The notes below the pieces were generated by a model. That model was given only the letters and a program-made list of their open reading frames with translations. It did no database searches and was not told the origin of the DNA. Shown piece by piece: positions 45,446 through 54,546 of a stretch of 64,000 bases of DNA. The stretch is taken from NCBI GenBank assembly GCA_040902515.1, contig JBBDXB010000006.1, forward strand, positions 194,219 to 258,218, given 5' to 3'. This stretch comes from Patescibacteria group bacterium (lineage in GTDB: Bacteria > Patescibacteriota > SICC01). Every line of letters starts with the position of its first letter. Position 1 is the stretch's first letter. The position numbers were made by a program, and so were the translations under genes.

Positions 45446-46585
45446 TCAGGAGAGGTCGAGCAGCGTCAACGCCATCTTGAGCTGCACCGCGTCGTCAAAC
45501 GTCTCGGGGTCGAGGCCGATCAGATCCTTGATCTTCCCCAACCGGTAGATCAGCGTATTGCGATGCACGTGCAACGCCTTGGCCGCCTGGGTCAGGTTGA
45601 GGTTGGCATCGAAGTAGGCTCGGAGCGTCTTGGTGAGGTGTTCGTCCTGCAGCAACGGCGCCAGTTTCCGCTTGGCGAACATCACCTGACGGTCGCGCGG
45701 GACGTTCCCGAAGACCACGTACAGTCCCAGGTCCGCGACCTCGTAGACCTTGCCCGGTCCCTGGAGTCTCCGGCCCAACCGAAGCGCCGACTCCGCCTCG
45801 GAGTATGACGTCTGCAGTCCGGACACGCCAAGGTAGAGCCCTCCGATGCCGGCCGTGACATCACCACTGTCGAGATTGCTGAGGATCCGGTCGCTCTTCT
45901 TCCGGAAGAGCTCGAGCGTCTCCGCCCCCCGGGACGCGTCCTTGAGGATCAGGAAGTCGTCATGACCGAAGTAGGTGACCGCGTTGTCGCCGGTGGTCGG
46001 GAACATCGCCGTCAGCTCGCGGTCCAGGCGCTGACGGATCCGCTCGATCAGCACCTCCTTGTCCTTGGCAGCGGCCAGCTGGTCCGCGAATCCCGTGACT
46101 GAGACCAGCACCACGAACCGCGGCTTGGTCAGGTCGAGACCGAGCAGGTTCGCTTCTTCGATCAGCCGTTCCCGTTCGGCGTCGCTGGCGGCGTTGAAGA
46201 ACTGCCAGAGCAGCTGGTCGAGGTTGCCGGAAAGCCCCTGGTCCGCCTCGCGGCTGATCAGCAGCTCCACGAGGCTGCGGGTCATCGGGATGAACTCGCT
46301 GACCGAAGCCGGCTCGGCATGGAGGATCACCACGCCGACCGGTTGGCCGTCGTACTGTACGGCGAACGCCACTCCGTCCTCAAGCTGTACCGAATCGGTC
46401 GTCTCCGCCGCCTTACCGACCTCGACCGTATCCGACACCCGACCCGGATCGAACGAGGCCAGGACGGTCCCCGCCGTATCGGCCAAGGTCACGTCGCGAC
46501 CGAGCAGGCTCATCACCTGGTTGACGATGTTCCGCGCGAACGGCGGCGAGAAGCTGAACGGAGCAGGCATGGTACCTGACATCAT
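45446..46585 (-). CDS. CdaR/PucR family transcriptional regulator (sugar diacid regulator-like)
   Basis: 379 aa; C-terminal PucR-type HTH (LTQAAKALHVHRNTLIYRLGKIKDLIGLD). Confidence 0.75.
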   Translation of the reverse strand: MMSGTMPAPFSFSPPFARNIVNQVMSLLGRDVTLADTAGTVLASFDPGRVSDTVEVGKAAETTDSVQLEDGVAFAVQYDGQPVGVVILHAEPASVSEFIPMTRSLVELLISREADQGLSGNLDQLLWQFFNAASDAERERLIEEANLLGLDLTKPRFVVLVSVTGFADQLAAAKDKEVLIERIRQRLDRELTAMFPTTGDNAVTYFGHDDFLILKDASRGAETLELFRKKSDRILSNLDSGDVTAGIGGLYLGVSGLQTSYSEAESALRLGRRLQGPGKVYEVADLGLYVVFGNVPRDRQVMFAKRKLAPLLQDEHLTKTLRAYFDANLNLTQAAKALHVHRNTLIYRLGKIKDLIGLDPETFDDAVQLKMALTLLDLS

Positions 46586-46654
46586 ACGCCTGGTCGCCCC
46601 CTCGACAACTTGTCAGAAACGGCATTGACGATTCACCAGGAGTCCCTATCATAG

Positions 46655-47083
46655 GTGGTTATGTCAGAAGCATCCGGCCGTATCCTCCTGATCGAAGACG
46701 ATCCGATGCTCACCGAGCTCTACCAGGCCAAGCTTGAGCTTGAGGGATTCGACGTGGATATCTGCACCGACGGCAAGGAGGGATTGGCCCGGACCAAGCG
46801 ATTGAAACCCGATCTGATCCTGCTCGATATCATGCTGCCGGAGATGAACGGGTTCGAAGTACTCAGGAAACTCCGCGAGAATGCCGCCACCCGCCGGATC
46901 CCGGTCATCGTGCTGACCAACCTCGGCGGCGAGCAGGCCGACAACGACAAGAAGCTGGCCCTGTCGCTCGGTGCCAAGGAATTTCTCGTGAAGACGTTCC
47001 ATCTGCCGGACGACATCGTCGGGAAGATCAAGGCGGTCCTCAAGAACCAGGCGGCACACGTGAAATCCGCCCCCTCAAAGTAG
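46655..47083 (+). CDS. single-domain response regulator (CheY-like receiver only)
   Basis: 142 aa; LLIEDD...DLILLDIMLPEMNGFEVL...VIVLTNLG...AKEFLVK; no output domain. Confidence 0.8.
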   Translation: MVMSEASGRILLIEDDPMLTELYQAKLELEGFDVDICTDGKEGLARTKRLKPDLILLDIMLPEMNGFEVLRKLRENAATRRIPVIVLTNLGGEQADNDKKLALSLGAKEFLVKTFHLPDDIVGKIKAVLKNQAAHVKSAPSK

Positions 47084-47111
47084 CGCCGCCGGGCATGCCG
47101 GGCAGCGCCCC

Positions 47112-47139
47112 TTGACACGGCCGGCAAGCGGCCTATAAT
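47112..47139 (+). promoter_or_regulatory. near-consensus sigma-70 promoter (TTGACA - 16 nt - TATAAT)
   Basis: cTTGACAcggccggcaagcggccTATAATt, about 30 nt downstream of the response-regulator stop. Confidence 0.55.
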
Positions 47140-47171
47140 TCGGCTCACCCCTCTTTGGAGGGCCGAAGGGA

Positions 47172-47198
47172 AACAGACACATCCGTGTCTGTTTTTTT
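47172..47198 (+). terminator. intrinsic terminator (AACAGACAC-AUCC-GUGUCUGUU plus UUUUUUU)
   Basis: Perfect 9-bp stem, 4-nt loop and 7-U tract only about 30 nt downstream of the predicted TSS of the promoter above. Confidence 0.7.
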
Positions 47199-47207
47199 GT
47201 CTCCATC

Positions 47208-47390
47208 ATGAAGACGATCTACGTCCAGCATCTGCTCAAGGTCCTCCTCGAAGAATACGAGGATATTGATTACATGCTGGAGACCGTCGCCGCGGAAAAT
47301 CCGACGCGGCGCGAATCGGAGAAGATACGACGCCTCCTGAACCGTCTTTCCCAGCAAAACGAAAAGCTGCTGCACCGCTTCGAGGGCTGA
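47208..47390 (+). CDS. small hypothetical protein (60 aa); doubtful
   Basis: ORF begins 10 nt after the terminator with no SD; helical, charged composition. Confidence 0.25.
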   Translation: MKTIYVQHLLKVLLEEYEDIDYMLETVAAENPTRRESEKIRRLLNRLSQQNEKLLHRFEG

Positions 47391-47572
47391 AGCCGGCCGG
47401 GTTGTCGGCGAAGTCGTCACGTCATCCTTTTTGTTGACAACCGTAGTGTTTCTTGCTACGCTGGCTGGCTTCTGGAAATCGCACACTTCCAGAGGCACCC
47501 GCAGCGAGCGATCGGACTTGCCCCCTTGGCCCGGTCGCTTGTTGCTATATGGAGGCAGCGTATAGTGAACGC

Positions 47573-48715
47573 ATGAAGCGAGCGTTGCTGGCACTGGTCA
47601 TCTTGCTGCTCGGCAGCTTCCTGGCGGCACCGTCGGCTTACGCGGCAACCGCCCGGGCCGGCGATGCGATCACCGTCCGCGAGAACCAGGTGATCCGTGA
47701 CGACCTCTACAGCGCCGGGGAAACCGTGACGGTCTCCGGCACGGTGGAAGGCGATGTGGTCGCTGCCGGCGGTGAGGTACTCATTGCCGGCCGGGTGACC
47801 GGGAGCGTCTGGGTGGCCGGCGCCACGGTCCGCATCACCGGCGAGGTCGGCGGCTCGCTCCGTACCGCCGCGTCCGAGATAACCGTAGGCGGGCGGGTCG
47901 GCGGTGACGTGATCGCTTTCGCCGGCACCGTGGAGCTGACCGAAAGAGCGGCCATCGGGCGCGACCTCGCGGCGGCGGCTTCCGAGATCACCGCCGAAGG
48001 AAACGTCGGTCGGAACGTCTGGTTCAGTGCGGATCAAACAATCGTGGACGGGCGTGTCGGCGGTGATATCCGCGGCAGCGCAGGCAGCGCGTTCCGCCTC
48101 GGGTCAGCCGCGCGGGTCACCGGAGACATTCGTTACTCGGGGTCCCGGGAGCTGAGCCAGGCGGACGGTGCGGCCGTCGGCGGTACCATTGACTTCACCC
48201 GGCAGACCGAACAGCGCGAAGACTCCTTCACCGACCGGTTGAACGGGCAGGTCTACTGGTTCCTGGCTTCCCTCCTGCTGCTCCTCGGCATCCTCCTGTA
48301 CGCCCGGCGCGGCGCGATACGGGCGGGCGAGCTGATCAGGCAACGGCCTGGCATGAGCCTGCTGGCCGGCATCGCCTTCCTGCTGGTCGTGCCGTTCGTG
48401 GCCGGCATCCTCCTGATCTCGGTGGTCGGCATCCCGCTCAGCCTCTTCACGCTCTTCGGGTATGCGCTTGTCCTGTACACCGCCAAGATCTTCGTCGCGT
48501 TGACGGTAGGCTTGTTCGTGATTCGAAGGGCTTCGGGCGCCTTCTGGCCGACGCTCGGGGCGGGAACTCTCGGGCTGGCGCTCTACTATGTGCTCGCGAT
48601 CCTGCCTGTCGTCGGGCCGATCGTCACGATCGCTACGCTGCTGACCGGTACCGGCGCCCAGCTCCTGCTCTTCCGCGAAGTCTACCAGGTGAATCGCAAG
48701 AAGTACGGTTCCTAA
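47573..48715 (+). CDS. secreted polymer-forming (bactofilin-like repeat) protein with a C-terminal multi-TM domain
   Basis: Start trimmed to MKRALLALVILLLGSFLAAPSAYAA (signal peptide); Gly/Val-rich beta-helical repeats (VTGSVWVAGATVRITGEVGGSLRTAA...); three to four C-terminal TM helices. Confidence 0.6.
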   Translation: MKRALLALVILLLGSFLAAPSAYAATARAGDAITVRENQVIRDDLYSAGETVTVSGTVEGDVVAAGGEVLIAGRVTGSVWVAGATVRITGEVGGSLRTAASEITVGGRVGGDVIAFAGTVELTERAAIGRDLAAAASEITAEGNVGRNVWFSADQTIVDGRVGGDIRGSAGSAFRLGSAARVTGDIRYSGSRELSQADGAAVGGTIDFTRQTEQREDSFTDRLNGQVYWFLASLLLLLGILLYARRGAIRAGELIRQRPGMSLLAGIAFLLVVPFVAGILLISVVGIPLSLFTLFGYALVLYTAKIFVALTVGLFVIRRASGAFWPTLGAGTLGLALYYVLAILPVVGPIVTIATLLTGTGAQLLLFREVYQVNRKKYGS

Positions 48716-48724
48716 GAAGCCCGG

Positions 48725-49858
48725 CTACAGCAGGTGCGCGTAGAGGGTAATCAGCCCGTCGGCGTGACGGATCATCACGTAGTGCCCGAAGCCCGATCCA
48801 TCGTTCTGGGTATCGCGGATGATCGTACCGTCGGCGGCCGCCCGAACCGGCTTGCCGCAGCCCTGCACCACGTCGATGCCGTTGTGGATGTTACCGCCGT
48901 AGACGCCCCGCTTGGCCCACGCCGTCCAGCCGTACGGTTGCACCAGGGAGCCGTCCGGCTTCTTGAGCTTCGTCCAGAATACTTCGGGGTTGTGCCAACG
49001 GCCGTCCTTGATCACTGAGAAGTGGGTGTGGCACCCGGTGGAGAAGCCGGTGGAGCCCTCGAAGCCGATCACGGCGCCTTGCTTCACGCGCGCGCCGTCC
49101 GAGAAACTGCCCCAGATCGCATTGCCGCCGGCCTCATCGAGCAGCTGGCTTTGGACCAGCTTGGCACGTGCGATCTTTTCCTGGAGATACGCCGCTTCCC
49201 GGGCCCGGTTCTCGAGCAGTTCTTTGAGTTCGTCCCGCTGCGCGGTGATCGAACGGTTCAGTGATTCGACCTGCCGTTCGAGCAGCTCCAGCGAACCCTG
49301 CCGCGATTCGAGGGCGGCCCCCCGTTCCTGGAGCGTATCGTACGCCGCGTCGGCCTCGCGGGCCAGGATGTCGAGGTGCTCCTCCAGCACCGCCGAGTAC
49401 TTCAGTTTGGCGAAGGCATCCGAGACGGAGCCACTGGCGGCCAGCAGTTCGATCGTTTCGGGAGCCGTGCTGCGGTAGTCCTCACCGATACTGGCGGCCA
49501 GCAGTTCCTGCTTCCGCTCATAATCGGCGCGGGCCGCTTCGAGCGCGGGCAGGAGCCGCCGCATGTCCTCCCGGACCCCTGCGAGTTCGCCCCGGACGGA
49601 GGCCTGCTTCTGCCTCGCTTCTTTCAGTTGCGACTCGACCTGCGGGATCCGCTCCGCGATGGACGTCAGTTCGCCGTCGAGAGCATGGAGGCGCGATTCA
49701 TCTTCGGCGGTGTCGTGCGCATGAACCGGGCTTTCCTCGGCCCGGACGGACGACACCGGCAGGATTCCCGCGCCGGTGACCAGGACCGCCAGCAGCAGTG
49801 CGCCAGCCTTACTTTTTATATGTTCGTGTTGCATTTCAAGCGTCCGGGCGATTTCCAA
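48725..49858 (-). CDS. M23 family metallopeptidase with an N-terminal coiled coil (EnvC-like); the M23 domain appears circularly permuted
   Basis: 377 aa; signal/TM, about 200-aa coiled coil, then the HxH-containing segment (GFEGSTGFSTGCHTHFSV) preceding the HxxxD/...AHL segment (NIHNGIDVVQGCGKPVRAAADGTII...GHYVMIRHADGLITLYAHLL), the reverse of the canonical order. Confidence 0.7.
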   Translation of the reverse strand: MEIARTLEMQHEHIKSKAGALLLAVLVTGAGILPVSSVRAEESPVHAHDTAEDESRLHALDGELTSIAERIPQVESQLKEARQKQASVRGELAGVREDMRRLLPALEAARADYERKQELLAASIGEDYRSTAPETIELLAASGSVSDAFAKLKYSAVLEEHLDILAREADAAYDTLQERGAALESRQGSLELLERQVESLNRSITAQRDELKELLENRAREAAYLQEKIARAKLVQSQLLDEAGGNAIWGSFSDGARVKQGAVIGFEGSTGFSTGCHTHFSVIKDGRWHNPEVFWTKLKKPDGSLVQPYGWTAWAKRGVYGGNIHNGIDVVQGCGKPVRAAADGTIIRDTQNDGSGFGHYVMIRHADGLITLYAHLL

Positions 49859-49911
49859 AAATTAGGAAAGCATAGCAAAAAACGCCCTTCGTGTCAAGGT
49901 TGGGGGTGGAC

Positions 49912-51297
49912 CTACCGGTTGACGACGATGCCCTTCGGGCGGCTCATCGCCTCGAGGGCGAACCGGATGCCTTGCGCGCCGATGCCGGAGGCCTTGTGCC
50001 CGGTGAACATGAAGTTGTCCGGCGCCCGCTGGTCGGGGCCGTTCAGGTGAACGCCGCCCGCTCCGAGCCGCGCTCCAATCTCCCGACACCGTTTCTCATT
50101 CCGCGAGAAGACGGAGGCTTGGAGTCCGTACTCGGAATCGTTGGCGAACCGCACGGCCTGCTCGGCGTCCCGGACACGGACGACCGGCAGGATCGGACCG
50201 AACTGTTCCTCGCGGACCACGCGGGCCGAATGCGGTACGCGATCGAGCACCGTCGCCTCGACGTGCCGACCGCGGACCGTCCCGCCACGGATGACCCGGA
50301 CCCCACGGCGTTTGGCATCGGCCAGGAGTGTCCGCAGGTACTTGGCCTGGTTGTCGCTGATCACCGGGCCGACCGGGTGCTCCCGGGGATCGCCGACGGT
50401 CCCGAACGTTTCTTCTACCTGTGACGCGATCTTCTTGACCAGCCGGTCCGCGACACGGTCCATCACGTACACCCGCTTCACCGCGGTGCAGCGCTGGCCC
50501 GCCAGCTTGAACGCCCCGCCGGTGATGTGCTTCGCCGCCAGATCGAGGTCGGCATCGGCCAGGACGACTGCCGGATCGTTGCCACCGAGCTCGAGTAGCA
50601 GTGGGATCATCCCGGTCCGGGCGGCGATCCGCTGCCCGACCGCGGTGCTTCCGGTCATCGCCACCATCGCGCACCGCGGGTGCGTCACCAGATAGTCGCC
50701 GATCTCGGATGACTTGCCGGTGACCATCCGCAGGAGGTCGCGCGGGAATCCCTCGGCATAGAGCAGCTGGAGCAGCCGACGGCAGGTGACGGCACCCTGC
50801 GTCGGCGGTTTCCAGAGGACGGTGTTCCCGAGCGCCAGCGCCGGAGCCACCTTGCTGATCGAAAGGTTCACCGGATAGTTGAACGGCCCGATTGCCAGCA
50901 CCACGCCAAGCGGCGTCCGTTCGACGATCTGCGCGCGGCCGCGCGGGAAGCCGGGAAAGTCCTCCGCACGGATCCGCTCCGGCTTCAGGCGACGGGCCTC
51001 CCGGACCGTCTCCTCGACCAGTTCGGCCGTCCGGACGATCTCCCCCTCCGCCTCGCCGGGGGTCTTTCCGATTTCCCGGATCAGCAGGTCCGCGAGCTCC
51101 CGGCGGTGGCGGCGCAGCACCTTCGCGATCAGGCCGACCGTACGGATCCGCTCGCGGAACGGGGCGGTCGCCCACTCCTGCTGGGCCGTGGCCAGACGCT
51201 TGTAGGCGGCATCCACGTCGGAACGCCGCTGACGCGGGATACGGCCGACCTCCCGGTCATCGATCGGGGAACGGACGCTGATGGGTCGGGAAGGCAT
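49912..51297 (-). CDS. NAD(P)-dependent aldehyde dehydrogenase (GapN-like non-phosphorylating family)
   Basis: 461 aa; ELGGNDP and catalytic Cys FKLAGQRCTAVKR. Confidence 0.85.
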   Translation of the reverse strand: MPSRPISVRSPIDDREVGRIPRQRRSDVDAAYKRLATAQQEWATAPFRERIRTVGLIAKVLRRHRRELADLLIREIGKTPGEAEGEIVRTAELVEETVREARRLKPERIRAEDFPGFPRGRAQIVERTPLGVVLAIGPFNYPVNLSISKVAPALALGNTVLWKPPTQGAVTCRRLLQLLYAEGFPRDLLRMVTGKSSEIGDYLVTHPRCAMVAMTGSTAVGQRIAARTGMIPLLLELGGNDPAVVLADADLDLAAKHITGGAFKLAGQRCTAVKRVYVMDRVADRLVKKIASQVEETFGTVGDPREHPVGPVISDNQAKYLRTLLADAKRRGVRVIRGGTVRGRHVEATVLDRVPHSARVVREEQFGPILPVVRVRDAEQAVRFANDSEYGLQASVFSRNEKRCREIGARLGAGGVHLNGPDQRAPDNFMFTGHKASGIGAQGIRFALEAMSRPKGIVVNR

Positions 51298-51300
51298 CGT

Positions 51301-52140
51301 TCAGTTTTGTTTCCGCGTACTTTTCTGCATTGTAGCACCGCGGCGGCGGGCCGCGACCGGCCGGCTGCGCGCGAACGACACGATCACCGTCGTTCCTTCT
51401 CCACGTCGGGACCTCACCTGGAGCGTCCCGCCCTGCCGCTCGACCAACTGCTTGGTAATGAAAAGTCCGAGGCCGGTGCCGCCGGCCGCGGCGGAAAGCT
51501 CCGTGTATTCGCGAAAGAACTTATCGAAGATCTTATCCAGGTTCTCGGCATCGATCCCGATGCCCCAATCGCGGATCCGCACCTGGACCATCCGGTCCCG
51601 CGCCCGGGTGGTGACCGCCACGCGCCCTCCGGTGGGCGTGTACTTGATTGCGTTGTCGAGGATATTCCGGAGCACCTGGCAGAACTTCGTCCGGTCGACG
51701 CGGATGACATCGCGCTTGGTGAGCTCGCCCTTCAGAGTCATGCGTATCTGCTTCCGATCGACGGCCGTGCGCAGGTCATCGAGGATTTCCTGGATGGCTT
51801 CGTCCGGATGGACCACGGTCGGATGGAACGGCGTACGGTCTTCCTCGATGCGGGCCACCTGGAGCAGGTCCTCGACGAGCGTGGTGAGCCGTCGGGATGC
51901 TTTGTAGGCCCGGTCCACGAACTCCCGGCTCTGCTCGGGATCATCCGTGCTCGTGGCCAGAGCAAGGTAGCCGGTCAGGGCGGTAAGCGGCGTACGGAGT
52001 TCGTGCGAGGCGATCGAGATGAACTCGCGCTGGCGCCCCTCGACCGAATCCCTGAGCTGGTCGGAGGTGCTGCGGGAGCGGCTCGTCCGCGTGGTCCTTC
52101 CCCCGGCTCCGGCACTTCGCTTGGATGGTTTCCTAGCCAT
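51301..52140 (-). CDS. cytoplasmic sensor histidine kinase (HisKA plus HATPase_c, no TM or sensor domain)
   Basis: 279 aa; H-box SIASHELRTPLTAL; N, G1 and G2 boxes (LRNILDNAIKYT, DWGIGID, GGTGLGL); TGTATAAT lies 10 nt upstream of the ATG. Confidence 0.8.
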   Translation of the reverse strand: MARKPSKRSAGAGGRTTRTSRSRSTSDQLRDSVEGRQREFISIASHELRTPLTALTGYLALATSTDDPEQSREFVDRAYKASRRLTTLVEDLLQVARIEEDRTPFHPTVVHPDEAIQEILDDLRTAVDRKQIRMTLKGELTKRDVIRVDRTKFCQVLRNILDNAIKYTPTGGRVAVTTRARDRMVQVRIRDWGIGIDAENLDKIFDKFFREYTELSAAAGGTGLGLFITKQLVERQGGTLQVRSRRGEGTTVIVSFARSRPVAARRRGATMQKSTRKQN

Positions 52141-52332
52141 ATGAGGCCGGCATTATACAACTGGAAAATCGCACTGTCTAGGTATAAAACGCGTAATGGA
52201 CACCCTCCGGGCGACATCATGGGCGGTGTCGTCGGGAGGGCGGGGAAGGTTCGTCGTAAAACGAAGGTCTTCCCCTTTGCCCGCACCCTGCATGCCGAAA
52301 GCAACCGGTGATTCGTAGGATTGCCGCAGCGA

Positions 52333-52500
52333 TTACTGCAACCGACGGAAATTCCTGGGATCGATGGCGATGCGGACGGTCTTGGTCGGCATAACCTTTG
52401 AACGACCCCATTGCAACGCACGCGGTGGTCGACCCATCAGACGACGGAACAGGTTACCGAGCTTCCAGGTGCCCAGACGGATACCGTGACGCAGTGCCAT
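52333..52500 (-). CDS. small basic protein (55 aa), unassigned (ribosomal-protein-like composition)
   Basis: Start trimmed to the ATG with GAAAGGAA SD 5 nt upstream; MALRHGIRLGTWKLGNLFRRLMGRPPRALQWGRSKVMPTKTVRIAIDPRNFRRLQ; immediately downstream of tRNA-Pro. Confidence 0.35.
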   Translation of the reverse strand: MALRHGIRLGTWKLGNLFRRLMGRPPRALQWGRSKVMPTKTVRIAIDPRNFRRLQ

Positions 52501-52593
52501 GGCGATTCCTTTCGTTGGTGCCACAAAGCGTTAAGGCGCACGTCCACCATGCGCCCCGCCATTCACGTGGTCAACGTGTCCGTCTCCAAACTG

Positions 52594-52667
52594 TCGGGGC
52601 GGCGGGATTTGAACCCACGACCTCATCGTCCCGAACGATGCGCGCTACCAGGCTGCGCCACGCCCCG
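52594..52667 (-). tRNA. tRNA-Pro (anticodon CGG); CCA not encoded
   Basis: CGGGGCG acceptor, anticodon arm CAUCG-UUCGGGA-CGAUG, T-arm GUGGG-UUCAAAU-CCCGC. Confidence 0.85.
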
Positions 52668-52711
52668 ATGCCCTATACACTAGGTACTGTTACATTCTAC
52701 GGGGGAACTCC

Positions 52712-54202
52712 ATGAAATTTCACGTCTCACCGACATATCCCAAGAACCTCGACGCCCTGGTGCTGCACGTGGCCAAAGGGCAGCGTCCGCTGCCGCCGGC
52801 CACACTGGAAGCCGACAAAAAGCTGAAAGGGTTCCTGAGGAAGGAAATCGCCGCCGCCAAGTTCAAAGGAGACCTCGGCCAGACCCTGGTCGTCCATAAC
52901 CACGACGCGCGGGCCCTGCCGGTCCGGAAAGTCATCCTGGCCGGGCTCGGCGCCGAGTCGATCGAGCCGGAGGCGATTCGAAAATCGATCGCGGCGGCGG
53001 TGCAGCAGGCCCAATCCTGCCACATGACCAGGCTGGCCCGGCCTGTGCCGGACGGGCGACGACTGGATCCGGAAACGGTCTCGCGCGCGATCGCCGAAGG
53101 AGCGCTCCTGGGATCGTACCGTTTCACCAAGCATAAGTCGGAAGACAAGACGGCCGCTCTCTCCTTGACGTTGGTCGGCGGCGGTGCTCCCGTGCGTCGG
53201 AAGGTCACGGCGGGCCTGCGTCAGGGCCAGGCGGCCGCGGAAGCCCAGATCCTCGCCCGCGACCTCGCCAACGAACCGCCCTCGCATCTCACGCCGAAGC
53301 AGTTCGCCAAGGAGGCCCGGACCGTGTCCCGGAAGAACGGGCTTGGCATTTCGGTGCTCGGTCCGGCCGAAATCCGGCGGGCTGGCCTTGGAGCGCTGCT
53401 CGCCGTCGCCCGCGGTTCCGACGAGCCACCGCAGTTCATCAAGCTCACGTACCGCCCGCGGAAGACCGGTCGCGGCACGCAGAAGCACATCGTCCTGGTC
53501 GGCAAGAGCATCACGTACGACTCCGGCGGACTCAACCTGAAGCCTTCCCGCGGCGGGATGCTTGAGGAGATGAAGCTCGACATGTCCGGCGGCGCCGCGG
53601 TGCTCGGCGCGATGAGCGCCCTGAAACGACTCGGCGTGAAGCACAAGGTCACCGGCTACCTCCCGGCGACCGAGAACCTGCTCGGCGGTTCCGCATACAA
53701 GCCGGGAGATGTGGTCCGGATATACAACGGCAAGACCATCGAGGTCGGCAACACCGACGCGGAAGGGCGGCTCACGCTGGCGGACGCGCTCGCGTACTCG
53801 ACCGACAGGGACAAGCCGGACGAAATCATCGACTTGGCGACCCTGACTGCCACCGACATCAGCCTCGGGCCGGCATATGCCGCGATCTTCGCCAGTCAGC
53901 CACGGATGGAAGCACGGTTCAAGGAGGCCGGCGAACATGTCGGCGAAAAGGTCTGGCCGTTGCCGTTCCCCGAAGAGTACGACGAGATGACGAAGAGCGC
54001 GGTCGCGGACTTCTCGAACATCGTATCCGGCCGTGCATATACGCTCTCCGGCCCGCTGCTGCTCAAGCATTTCGTGGGTAAGGTCCCGTGGGTCCACCTC
54101 GACATCGGCGGACCGGCGATAGCCGGCAAGGACAGCGGGTATACCCGGAAGGGCGGGTCTGGTTTCGGTGCCCGGCTGCTGCTCGAATACCTTTCGGATT
54201 GA
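52712..54202 (+). CDS. pepA: leucyl aminopeptidase (M17 family)
   Basis: 496 aa; M17 catalytic motif NTDAEGRL; metal-binding residues conserved. Confidence 0.9.
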   Translation: MKFHVSPTYPKNLDALVLHVAKGQRPLPPATLEADKKLKGFLRKEIAAAKFKGDLGQTLVVHNHDARALPVRKVILAGLGAESIEPEAIRKSIAAAVQQAQSCHMTRLARPVPDGRRLDPETVSRAIAEGALLGSYRFTKHKSEDKTAALSLTLVGGGAPVRRKVTAGLRQGQAAAEAQILARDLANEPPSHLTPKQFAKEARTVSRKNGLGISVLGPAEIRRAGLGALLAVARGSDEPPQFIKLTYRPRKTGRGTQKHIVLVGKSITYDSGGLNLKPSRGGMLEEMKLDMSGGAAVLGAMSALKRLGVKHKVTGYLPATENLLGGSAYKPGDVVRIYNGKTIEVGNTDAEGRLTLADALAYSTDRDKPDEIIDLATLTATDISLGPAYAAIFASQPRMEARFKEAGEHVGEKVWPLPFPEEYDEMTKSAVADFSNIVSGRAYTLSGPLLLKHFVGKVPWVHLDIGGPAIAGKDSGYTRKGGSGFGARLLLEYLSD

Positions 54203-54213
54203 GGTACGGGACC

Positions 54214-54546
54214 ATGTCCACACAGCCTATGCCGGAACAGTCGTTCCGTAGTCAGGTCGAAGCCATCGTTGCGCGGATTCCGCGCGGCCGGGTAATGACG
54301 TACGGCCAAGTCGCGACGCTACTTGGCCACCCGCGGCGGGCGCGGGCGGTAGGGTTCGTAGCGCACTACGGCGACGCCTCGATCCCCTGGCACCGGGTCG
54401 TGAACCGCCACGGCCGGGTCGCGCCCGGGTACCCCGGCGGCATGCCGGCGCACCGCGCGGAGCTGGCGGCCGAAGCAGTCGAGATCGGAGACGACTTCAC
54501 CTGCGACCTCGGCCGCTACCAGTGGTGGCCGCCGGATTCGCGCTAG
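54214..54546 (+). CDS. alkyltransferase-like protein (MGMT DNA-binding domain with the active-site Cys replaced by Trp)
   Basis: Start trimmed to MSTQPMPEQSFRSQVEAIVARIPRGRVMTYGQVA...; PWHRVV where PCHRVV is canonical. Confidence 0.7.
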   Translation: MSTQPMPEQSFRSQVEAIVARIPRGRVMTYGQVATLLGHPRRARAVGFVAHYGDASIPWHRVVNRHGRVAPGYPGGMPAHRAELAAEAVEIGDDFTCDLGRYQWWPPDSR

